This document shows, piece by piece, positions 35,860-42,651 of a DNA stretch of 64,000 nucleotides (positions are counted from its first letter, which is position 1; every line of letters starts with the position of its first letter). A program made the translations under genes and the position numbers. A model generated the notes under the pieces. It was given only the letters and a program-made list of their open reading frames with translations. It was not told the DNA's origin and searched no databases. The stretch is from the IMG/VR virus record IMGVR_UViG_3300037963_003542. One strand, given 5' to 3'. The DNA comes from a virus.

Positions 35860-36828
35860 ATGAGAAATAAGATCTTCCCCGCCTTTGTTGCGGGGATTTA
35901 TATTGTCTGGTTATATTTGGTGATCACTACCACAGGATTCGGTGTATATCTTACACACTGGTTATATTCTGTGATGATGATTATAGGTGCTGCTGTTGCA
36001 GGATTCACTCCAGTTGGTGGTGGTGCGGTAGCATATCCTGTTCTTTCATTATATGCTGATCTCACACCACAAATTGCACGGGATTTTTCACTTGCAATTC
36101 AGGCAGTAGGAATGACATCCGCATCGATTTATATCATGACGCGGAAACCATATAGATTAAAGTTTTATGCACCTATTCCATTGTACGTTGCATTTAATTT
36201 TATAGGTTTTATTGGTGTTACTGCATTCTATTCTTATATTCCAGTTCATATTATCCAGATGGTCTTTGTCACTCTTGCAGTGGCATTTGTTGGTAGTTTC
36301 ATGATCACCAAACAGTATGGAACATTGAGGATAGTTGCACCTAAGTGGTATCATATTGGATTGTTTTCATTTGCAGGTGGTGGATGTGCTGCATTGTTTG
36401 GAACAGGATCTGACATGATGATTTACATTATGTTGAGTGTATATTATGGCATGAGAGAGGAACGAGCAACAGACGTAAGTATTATCACAATGGCAGCAGT
36501 ATCAGTGTTGGGAGTATTATATACTGCACCTAGTATGTCACCCGAAGTATATCCTATGTGGTTAGTAGCAGCGCCTGTAGTAGCAGTATTTGCTCCATTT
36601 GGTAATATGCTATTGACAATCATTCGGAAGTATTATATGCTGTTGTTTGTACTAGGGTTGAGCACATTCAATTATATCTACTGGAGCGCAAAGAACCCTA
36701 CACTATTACTACCATCTATTGCTTTTATAATTACATTTACTGCAATCTTTACATTCCAACGTTATGGACTCGAATTACATCGACAAGAATCTAATCCTAT
36801 CGGAACAGTGCGAGAGACTGAGCCCTGA
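35860..36828 (+). CDS. TSUP (TauE/SafE) family sulfite/organosulfur exporter-like membrane protein
   Basis: About 8-10 hydrophobic helices; GAAVAGFTPVGGGAVAYPVL; SLAIQAVGMTSAS; GGGCAALFGTGSD; A...S.I.MA..S..G. Confidence 0.7.
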   Translation: MRNKIFPAFVAGIYIVWLYLVITTTGFGVYLTHWLYSVMMIIGAAVAGFTPVGGGAVAYPVLSLYADLTPQIARDFSLAIQAVGMTSASIYIMTRKPYRLKFYAPIPLYVAFNFIGFIGVTAFYSYIPVHIIQMVFVTLAVAFVGSFMITKQYGTLRIVAPKWYHIGLFSFAGGGCAALFGTGSDMMIYIMLSVYYGMREERATDVSIITMAAVSVLGVLYTAPSMSPEVYPMWLVAAPVVAVFAPFGNMLLTIIRKYYMLLFVLGLSTFNYIYWSAKNPTLLLPSIAFIITFTAIFTFQRYGLELHRQESNPIGTVRETEP

Positions 36829-37531
36829 ATTTTGTAAGCATGTTATCAATCGATTTACAGAGGATGATCGTAAGGTAGATGGTGGTTTCGGTCGCAGCGG
36901 ACGTACTGACCACAGTATTAAACACTCATACGATCTTAACATCACTGACCCCACAATCTATCCTACATGGAAGAATGAGAACGTAAGATTTAAGCAGTGT
37001 TTGAGTATGTCACTGGCAGCATATGAATTCATGCTAGGTGATACACATAGTAAGTTGTTCCCATTCTATGATTGTGATAAAGGTGTAAGGAATAGTGGTT
37101 TCCAGATTCAGTATTCTCCTGCTAACACTCGTGGGTATGATTGGCACTCTGATGAACACATCTTTGGATGCACTGATCGTGAAACATTCAAAACACAGAC
37201 ATGGAATCGTGGTCTTACATATATCTTCTATCTCAATGATGTACCTGATGGTAGTGGTTACACTGAGTTTATAGATGGTACGAAGGTACAACCAAGAACA
37301 GGTAAGTTTCTTATATTTCCTGCTACATGGACATACTTACATCGTGGTTACCCAACTGATCATGATAAGTATATTGCTACTGGTTGGGTATATGGTAAGC
37401 GTACATTGAACATCAGACGACAACATGCACCAAATGAAGTAGCATTGCAACCTGATCGTATTAAAGAAATTACTGATCATCAACCTGTACCCGAGCAATT
37501 TAAGACAGTAGAAGGACGACGATTTGTATGA
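36764..37531 (+). CDS. 2OG-Fe(II) oxygenase (P4Hc-like)
   Basis: FQIQY...YDWHSD...LTYIFYLNDV...GYTEF...VQP..GK.LIFPATWTYLHRG.P....KYIATGW; HxD...H intact. Confidence 0.88.
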   Translation: MDSNYIDKNLILSEQCERLSPEFCKHVINRFTEDDRKVDGGFGRSGRTDHSIKHSYDLNITDPTIYPTWKNENVRFKQCLSMSLAAYEFMLGDTHSKLFPFYDCDKGVRNSGFQIQYSPANTRGYDWHSDEHIFGCTDRETFKTQTWNRGLTYIFYLNDVPDGSGYTEFIDGTKVQPRTGKFLIFPATWTYLHRGYPTDHDKYIATGWVYGKRTLNIRRQHAPNEVALQPDRIKEITDHQPVPEQFKTVEGRRFV

Positions 37532-37602
37532 TTGAGTAACTCCAGAGCTACTACAGAGTGTATTTGGAGTATATTATAAATGTCATTTTTAATATAGTTG
37601 CG

Positions 37603-37647
37603 TTTTCCACATGCTTGTGGAATGTGTGTGGAAAAGGTTGTGGAATA
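37603..37647. repeat. cluster of four DnaA-box-like 9-mers (TTTTCCACA type)
   Basis: TTTTCCACA 37603 (+); TGTGGAATG 37616, TGTGGAAAA 37627, TGTGGAATA 37639 (-); a fifth exact box TGTGGAAAA at 37980. Confidence 0.65.
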
Positions 37648-37753
37648 CCTGATAATGTGCGGAGGAACTTCTGTCTTAGCGTGCATCCTACCGATTGTCA
37701 ACCCCATGTATAAGAACTTCACAAATATGTCAGAAGGTTCTCACAGTTGGCAC

Positions 37754-37782
37754 TTGACAGACCTGCGAGATCCTTATATAAT
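37754..37782 (+). promoter_or_regulatory. sigma70-type promoter
   Basis: TTGACA-17-TATAAT. Confidence 0.8.
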
Positions 37783-37831
37783 AACTCTGTGAGGTTTCAA
37801 AGGTCAGTCCCTATGAGGTTTTCCGAGAAAC

Positions 37832-37860
37832 TTGACAACCGCCCAGTTCTACAGTATGAT
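37832..37860 (+). promoter_or_regulatory. sigma70-type promoter
   Basis: TTGACA-17-TATGAT. Confidence 0.75.
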
Positions 37861-37946
37861 GATTTCTGAGGTTTTTATGAATTCTGAAAAACTTATAGAA
37901 TTGCAGAAAATGTGAAAACTGAGAATTTATAAAAACCTCAGAAATC
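37861..37946. repeat. 25-bp inverted repeat with a 36-nt spacer
   Basis: GATTTCTGAGGTTTTTATGAATTCT (37861-37885) vs AGAATTTATAAAAACCTCAGAAATC (37922-37946); 24/25 Watson-Crick plus one G-U. Confidence 0.85.
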
Positions 37947-38006
37947 TTAAAAGTTAAGTATTTGAGAATTTCACAGTTCTGTGGAAAACTTATACTTAAC
38001 ACTTTT

Positions 38007-38091
38007 GGGACTATGGTGAAATTGGTAAACACAACAGACTTAAAATCTGTCGGAGATTAACTCCTTGTCAGTTCAAGTCTGACTAGTCCTA
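38007..38091 (+). tRNA. tRNA-Leu (anticodon TAA)
   Basis: Acceptor GGGACTA/TAGTCCT, anticodon arm ACAGA-CTTAAAA-TCTGT, variable arm, T-arm GTCAGTTCAAGTCTGAC. Confidence 0.93.
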
Positions 38092-38145
38092 TAGAGAATA
38101 TTATACTAAATATTCTCAAATTGATTACACTTTACAAAGACTAAA

Positions 38146-38304
38146 ATGTCTTCTTCAAACAAATTTGAGTACTATTTTGAGACTGCTGATGGTACAAATC
38201 AAGAAGGATTTGTAACAGCAAATACTCATCAAAATGCTATCAAAAAGATCAAAAAAGAATACAAAAAGCATAAGATTACCTATCTTGATGTTCAACCACT
38301 GTGA
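38146..38304 (+). CDS. small basic hypothetical protein
   Basis: Manual: MSSSNKFEYYFETADGTNQEGFVTANTHQNAIKKIKKEYKKHKITYLDVQPL*. Confidence 0.6.
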   Translation: MSSSNKFEYYFETADGTNQEGFVTANTHQNAIKKIKKEYKKHKITYLDVQPL

Positions 38305-38555
38305 AACTAAGACCCATGACTATTGAAAACTACGTTGTCTGTGAAGGTTATGCCTACTGGGAAAAAGATGGCAACTATTACACAACCACTGTTGACAAGA
38401 AGAATAACATCCAGTGGTCAGATGCTTCTCGGATTGATATTAAATCCAGTGGTGGAATTGATATCGCTAATGTACATCAACTGTATGATTGCCTACATGG
38501 AATCAAAACAGCACAACGACAGTTACTTAACGAAACTCGCAAAATTGCCGTTTAA
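38301..38555 (+). CDS. hypothetical protein
   Basis: ORF track; GTGA overlap. Confidence 0.6.
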   Translation: MKLRPMTIENYVVCEGYAYWEKDGNYYTTTVDKKNNIQWSDASRIDIKSSGGIDIANVHQLYDCLHGIKTAQRQLLNETRKIAV

Positions 38556-38559
38556 TTCT

Positions 38560-38703
38560 ATGCATGAATCAACTCTAGATCTCTTCTGTGGTGATACTAA
38601 CTCAGACGACGCTAAGTTAGCAGAAGAGTTTGCAAACGAAATTGAAGCGAAGGCAGCACATTTAGAAGTCACTGTTGACTACTACATGCAAGAGTTTATG
38701 TAA
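38560..38703 (+). CDS. small acidic hypothetical protein
   Basis: MHESTLDLFC...E.KAA.LEVTVDYYMQEFM; cyanophage-type C-terminal motif. Confidence 0.7.
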   Translation: MHESTLDLFCGDTNSDDAKLAEEFANEIEAKAAHLEVTVDYYMQEFM

Positions 38704-38776
38704 AGAACTCGTAGGGTCACTAAGTAACACAAACTGGTCGGCCGCTTCGCTCTGTATCGTGGTGATACATAGGAAA

Positions 38777-38834
38777 ACCAGTTGGCGCAGTGGCACAATA
38801 GCACAGGCAGACCGTCAGACCCTGTGCTTATAAT
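38777..38834 (+). promoter_or_regulatory. promoter cassette (copy 6)
   Basis: ACCAGT-N7-GTGGCACA, AGCACAGG...CCTGTGCT stem, TATAAT at 38829. Confidence 0.75.
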
Positions 38835-38840
38835 GGTCAC

Positions 38841-39020
38841 ATGACAACAAACGAACTGATGACAGACCGCCTGACTGAACTCCAAGATTTCATGTTTGAC
38901 ACCATGGCATCCCCTGAGATGAGCGTGGACTGGTTCTGCGACCGCTTCAACGTGAGCGCAACGGATGACGTGATCGACTTCGTGCTGGATGCCCATGAGG
39001 GCATGTTTGCCGACCAGTGA
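38841..39020 (+). CDS. small acidic early protein (probably leaderless)
   Basis: Manual: MTTNELMTDRLTELQDFMFDTMASPEMSVDWFCDRFNVSATDDVIDFVLDAHEGMFADQ*. Confidence 0.7.
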   Translation: MTTNELMTDRLTELQDFMFDTMASPEMSVDWFCDRFNVSATDDVIDFVLDAHEGMFADQ

Positions 39021-39081
39021 GACAAGTGTCACAAGGTTGGCAGCGATCCTGCTGACCCTGTGCCTATAATGACTTCAGTTC
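39013..39081 (+). promoter_or_regulatory. promoter cassette (copy 7)
   Basis: ACCAGT-N7-GTGTCACA, GGTTGGCAG...CTGCTGACC stem, TGTGCCTATAATGACTTCAGTTC. Confidence 0.75.
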
Positions 39082-39098
39082 AACCAACACACAACACC

Positions 39099-39425
39099 AT
39101 GCGTAAGATCGAATCCCTGATGAACCGCGCCATCGCCGCTGGCAAGGATTGGAAGAATGCCAACACTGAAGTGATCAACGCCGATGGCGTCTCCTCTGTG
39201 TACCTGCATGGCAACCTCATCGCTGAGATCACCGACGACGCTATGAAGATTTTTGATGGCGGTTGGCAGTCCAACACCACCAAGTCGCGTCTGAATGCCC
39301 TGCTGTCTGCCTTCGGTCATCATGGCGAGTGCGTCTATCAGTCCGACTGGACATGGTACATCCGCCTGTGGACTGGTGACGACTACGCTACCACAGAATT
39401 CCGTTCTGGTATGCGCCTGGCATAG
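39099..39425 (+). CDS. hypothetical early protein
   Basis: MRKIESLMNRAI...V.LHGN.IA...DGGWQSNTTKSRLNALL; start after the cassette. Confidence 0.75.
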   Translation: MRKIESLMNRAIAAGKDWKNANTEVINADGVSSVYLHGNLIAEITDDAMKIFDGGWQSNTTKSRLNALLSAFGHHGECVYQSDWTWYIRLWTGDDYATTEFRSGMRLA

Positions 39426-39480
39426 TGTCACACTGGGGGGAGTGATCCCCCCTCTCTTGTGCCTATAATGACTTCAGTTC
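39425..39480 (+). promoter_or_regulatory. promoter cassette (copy 8, half-site only)
   Basis: GTGTCACA, GGGGGGA-GTGA-TCCCCCC stem; 23-nt TGTGCCTATAATGACTTCAGTTC identical to copy 7. Confidence 0.75.
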
Positions 39481-39491
39481 CAAAAAACCTC

Positions 39492-39716
39492 ATGCTTAAC
39501 GTCTCCTGCATCAGCCCCAGCGTCTCCCGCTCGGTCTGGACTCTCAAGGTCAATCCCCTGACTGGCACGTTCAAAGTTCGCTGGTTCAAGACCCCATCCG
39601 CTGAGTACACCTATAAGACTCGCCGCCGTGATGTGATCGCCCTGCTGATGACGGGCGACCGCTCACTAGGACAATGGGTGAACTATCACACTGGTGCCCG
39701 TCGTCCCCGTCTCTGA
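39492..39716 (+). CDS. hypothetical early protein (KTSC-like beta fold)
   Basis: SRSVWTLKVNPLTGTFKVRWFKTPSAEYTY...S.GQWVN. Confidence 0.65.
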   Translation: MLNVSCISPSVSRSVWTLKVNPLTGTFKVRWFKTPSAEYTYKTRRRDVIALLMTGDRSLGQWVNYHTGARRPRL

Positions 39717-39727
39717 TCCTGTAGAAT
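39670..39727 (+). promoter_or_regulatory. promoter cassette (copy 9, degenerate)
   Basis: GACAAT-N7-CTATCACA ending 39690; TAGAAT at 39722 (31 nt spacing). Confidence 0.5.
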
Positions 39728-39753
39728 TCTCACAAGCAAACAAAGCGAACCTC

Positions 39754-39939
39754 ATGGCACTCAAAGACTACGGCAACGGCATCATGGCATCCTCTGACGA
39801 TCTCGCTAGCATCGGTGAGTTGTACATGCGCGAGGAGATGGAGCGTCAGAAGCAACGCGCCCTGCTTCGTGCTGCATTCCGCGACGGCAAGGCAGTGGAT
39901 GGACAGTGGGGAAGCTGGAACATCAGTGATCGCCACTGA
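39754..39939 (+). CDS. small hypothetical early protein
   Basis: MALKDYGNGIMASSDD... Confidence 0.65.
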   Translation: MALKDYGNGIMASSDDLASIGELYMREEMERQKQRALLRAAFRDGKAVDGQWGSWNISDRH

Positions 39940-39957
39940 CCCCTGACCCCTTATAAT
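39902..39957 (+). promoter_or_regulatory. promoter cassette (copy 10)
   Basis: GACAGT-N7-CTGGAACA, TCAGTG-ATCGC-CACTGA stem, TATAAT at 39952. Confidence 0.6.
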
Positions 39958-39984
39958 TTAGAAGAACACCACACAGGACACACC

Positions 39985-40233
39985 ATGAACGGTTGGGCAA
40001 ACTACGAAACCTGGAACGCTTCCCTCTGGATCGGCAACGATGAATTCCTCTACAACACTGCTAAGGCATGTGTCACCTATCGCGAGGGTCTGGAGACGCC
40101 TTGGGATAAGTTCGTTCGCTGCATGACTGATGGCATGATCGGACGCCATCTGGTCACCACTGGTGACGGTGTGCGTTGGGATGACCCCGCCATCGACGCC
40201 GATGAGATGAACGAGATGCTGTGGGAACTGTGA
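39985..40233 (+). CDS. hypothetical early protein
   Basis: MNGWANYETWNASLWIGNDE.LY...T.DGVRW.D; AGGA SD. Confidence 0.8.
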   Translation: MNGWANYETWNASLWIGNDEFLYNTAKACVTYREGLETPWDKFVRCMTDGMIGRHLVTTGDGVRWDDPAIDADEMNEMLWEL

Positions 40234-40257
40234 GGGGTCGCCCCCCTCTGATATAAT
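40232..40257 (+). promoter_or_regulatory. stem-loop plus extended -10 promoter
   Basis: GAGGGG-TCGCC-CCCCTC then TGATATAAT. Confidence 0.6.
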
Positions 40258-40277
40258 ACCACCAACGACACAACCCC

Positions 40278-40475
40278 ATGATTTACTCCCCCGCCTGCTC
40301 CCTCTATGATCAGTCCATCGTCTGGTCTGGTCGCATGGCAGACCCTGATAATGAGTTTGCCTTCCGCCGTGATCATGGACCTAGCATCGGATCGGATGCT
40401 GTGACCATTGCCGCCATCCACTCCCGCTGCTATGCTCAAGAAGCACTGGACAAGATTCCCACGTTTGAACCATGA
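40278..40475 (+). CDS. hypothetical early protein
   Basis: ORF track; downstream of the promoter. Confidence 0.6.
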   Translation: MIYSPACSLYDQSIVWSGRMADPDNEFAFRRDHGPSIGSDAVTIAAIHSRCYAQEALDKIPTFEP

Positions 40476-40657
40476 AGCATCGGAAGTCCCTCACGCTCCT
40501 CATGAAATCTTACGGGTTCACTCTGGAGCGTGAAAGCAAGCACCTAGTCTGGCGGAATGCTCAGAGGGTGATGGTCACCACTAGCAGCACCCCGAGCGAC
40601 ACCAACGCCCTGCGTCAGGTGGAACGCCAGATCCGCCGCAAGTTGGCAGCAGCATAG
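40472..40657 (+). CDS. HicA-like (dsRBD-fold) toxin / mRNA interferase
   Basis: L..LM...GF.L.R.SKH.VWR....V.VT.S.TPSD...LR.V...IRR fits the HicA alpha-beta-beta-beta-alpha pattern with His after strand 1. Confidence 0.6.
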   Translation: MKHRKSLTLLMKSYGFTLERESKHLVWRNAQRVMVTTSSTPSDTNALRQVERQIRRKLAAA

Positions 40658-40665
40658 CACAGTTG

Positions 40666-40699
40666 TCCCGCCCCTTCGGGGGTAGGGGGCGTTGCGCCC
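40666..40699 (+). other. GC-rich hairpins including a C(UUCG)G tetraloop at the end of the early cluster
   Basis: GCCCC-TTCG-GGGGT (40670-40683); GGGCG-TTG-CGCCC (40687-40699). Confidence 0.6.
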
Positions 40700-40839
40700 T
40701 TAATTGAAAAAACCCAAACTACCCTAACCTACAAAGGTTCCCAAACGCCCGAGAGAATCTCTTTCATATAAAAAATTTTCCGCCATAAAAATTCTCCAAA
40801 AAACCCCGATTGCTATATACGGTAGTTTCCGAAACAATT

Positions 40840-41013
40840 ATGGAAAATATTCATCTAGACTTATCAGAGCATGAGATGGATGTCATGTTGAATGCCTTAG
40901 AGGTCGCCATAGAGAACGCTGATGAATATGAGGCGGGCGAGTACGAGGAAGTTCTTTTTGATGTTCAGAGGAAGCTTGACGAGGAGTACGATCTTGGTGT
41001 AGAATCAGACTAG
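40840..41013 (+). CDS. small acidic protein
   Basis: MENIHLDLSEHEMDVMLNALE... Confidence 0.6.
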   Translation: MENIHLDLSEHEMDVMLNALEVAIENADEYEAGEYEEVLFDVQRKLDEEYDLGVESD

Positions 41014-41026
41014 GCATTCACACATT

Positions 41027-41263
41027 ATGGCATACTTAGTTTACACAAAACAATCCTGCCCATACTGTGAGAACATTAAGAAAGTTCTTGCAGGACTGGG
41101 AGAATCTTATATGGAGGTGAAATTAAATCGCGATTTTACCCGAGAACAATTTACACAGAAATTTGGGTATGGGAGTACATTTCCCCAAGTTCTGAAAGAT
41201 GGTAAGCATATCGGAGGATGTAGCGCGACCATCACAGTATTGAGAAACGAGGGAAGAATCTAA
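41027..41263 (+). CDS. nrdC: glutaredoxin
   Basis: YTKQSCPYC...TFPQV..DGKHIGGC. Confidence 0.93.
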   Translation: MAYLVYTKQSCPYCENIKKVLAGLGESYMEVKLNRDFTREQFTQKFGYGSTFPQVLKDGKHIGGCSATITVLRNEGRI

Positions 41264-41460
41264 TGGCAACTAAGAAATGGTATGTGCGTGAGGTAAATTC
41301 TTCGAGGTATGTGAGCGAGCCTTATATTTGGTGGACAGAGAGTGGTTCATTGAACACCTGGACATCTGATAAGGACCGAGCGAAAGCCTGGCGGACTAAG
41401 AAGGAGGCTAGCGCGTTTGTCTCTGAGGTATTACATAGAGGGGAAGTACATGGCGAATGA
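41263..41460 (+). CDS. hypothetical protein
   Basis: ORF track; TAATG overlap; WTSDKDRAKAWRTKKEA. Confidence 0.6.
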   Translation: MATKKWYVREVNSSRYVSEPYIWWTESGSLNTWTSDKDRAKAWRTKKEASAFVSEVLHRGEVHGE

Positions 41461-41653
41461 AGATAAAAATGATAACAGTGAGTATTTTGACTTTGAGGAG
41501 GTACTACAGCGCATAAATAATCTGGAGATTGCTGTAGCACAGTTATTACACCCAGAGCTTAATTATAGGCGACCTGGAGCAGATGAGTATGAAAGACTCA
41601 CTGACACACTGGACTATCTCCATAATAAAGTATCCGAATTAAGTAAACGATGA
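41450..41653 (+). CDS. hypothetical protein
   Basis: MANEDK...YRRPG...YE.LTDTLDYLH.KV. Confidence 0.65.
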   Translation: MANEDKNDNSEYFDFEEVLQRINNLEIAVAQLLHPELNYRRPGADEYERLTDTLDYLHNKVSELSKR

Positions 41654-42651
41654 GTTATACTGTAGTTTATAGTGATTACAATGGATATCCTGGATCAGAG
41701 GACACCTACGATGGTAGAAGTGCTGTAGAGATTCCGATTCTTCCTGATGTCAATTTATATAATAGTTTCAACTTTGAACTGAAAGCAACCACCGTAAACG
41801 CTCGTGCTTCTACGACTCAAGAGGAAGGAGCAGGAGATTATAGTAGAAGTAATAATTATAGAACAACTGGTTATAGACAAGGTACGAGTACATCTCAACC
41901 ACATGGTGCATATATGGGCACTCATGTTGCGCGAATTCCTACTGCAATGCGTTGGGTTCGCAATAGGGGACCAGAGAATAATGCTATTGCACAGAATGAA
42001 TTAGGTGACTGGTTTACAGAAGATGTATTATCAAAGGCAGATAATAAGGGTGGTGGTGTTACATTTGTAGATAACATTGCACAGTCGGGCACATTTGACT
42101 TTACGTTCAATACAAGTGCCGAGGGCGGTGGAGAAGAAAGGCAGCAAACACATATATTTAATGTACCATATTGGAATACATTGTCCATCAGGGGGGGATA
42201 TAATGCCGCTGTATTCTGTCGAAATGAGTTCGGGTATACTGATGACTATGAAGGCGGCACATATGAGGTCAAGAGTCTATTTGAGTTGCCTGAGAAGTTT
42301 GATAGATTATATAAATTTATTCCCGACCAGCGAGAATTTACAACTCTTGAATTTCAAGTTGAAGTCGATTGGCAAGTTGCTGTAAGTTGGGGAATTTATA
42401 CTAATATTAGTTCATCTAATCAACAGAAAATTTTAAATAGAATGGGATATACCAGTTCAAATCAGACTGGTACTGATACTCATACAATTACCCATGTGGT
42501 AAATAATAGTAATAACGATTGGAATAGAATCCTGAATGAGTTAGTTGAAGAGAGGCAAAGAACTCCCGAAGAAATTAATAAACGTTATGGTCAGACTTTC
42601 CCACAGGAAGCAGAAGACACAGAAATTACTAAACCCGAGAAGATCCAATGA
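41650..42651 (+). CDS. putative virion structural protein
   Basis: ORF track; sits upstream of PAAR; YKFIPDQR....L.F...V.W...H.V.N..N.W motif. Confidence 0.5.
   Translation: MSYTVVYSDYNGYPGSEDTYDGRSAVEIPILPDVNLYNSFNFELKATTVNARASTTQEEGAGDYSRSNNYRTTGYRQGTSTSQPHGAYMGTHVARIPTAMRWVRNRGPENNAIAQNELGDWFTEDVLSKADNKGGGVTFVDNIAQSGTFDFTFNTSAEGGGEERQQTHIFNVPYWNTLSIRGGYNAAVFCRNEFGYTDDYEGGTYEVKSLFELPEKFDRLYKFIPDQREFTTLEFQVEVDWQVAVSWGIYTNISSSNQQKILNRMGYTSSNQTGTDTHTITHVVNNSNNDWNRILNELVEERQRTPEEINKRYGQTFPQEAEDTEITKPEKIQ

Noticed and set aside
37480-38032. Short ORFs 37480-37722 (-), 37598-37792 (+), 37811-38032 (-)
   Set aside because: They overlay DnaA-box-like repeats, promoters, an inverted repeat and the tRNA; no coding hallmarks.
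32800-40260. Repeated cassettes as a CRISPR array or mini-array
   Set aside because: Copies are degenerate, irregularly spaced, separated by genes and tied to -10 boxes; no cas genes.
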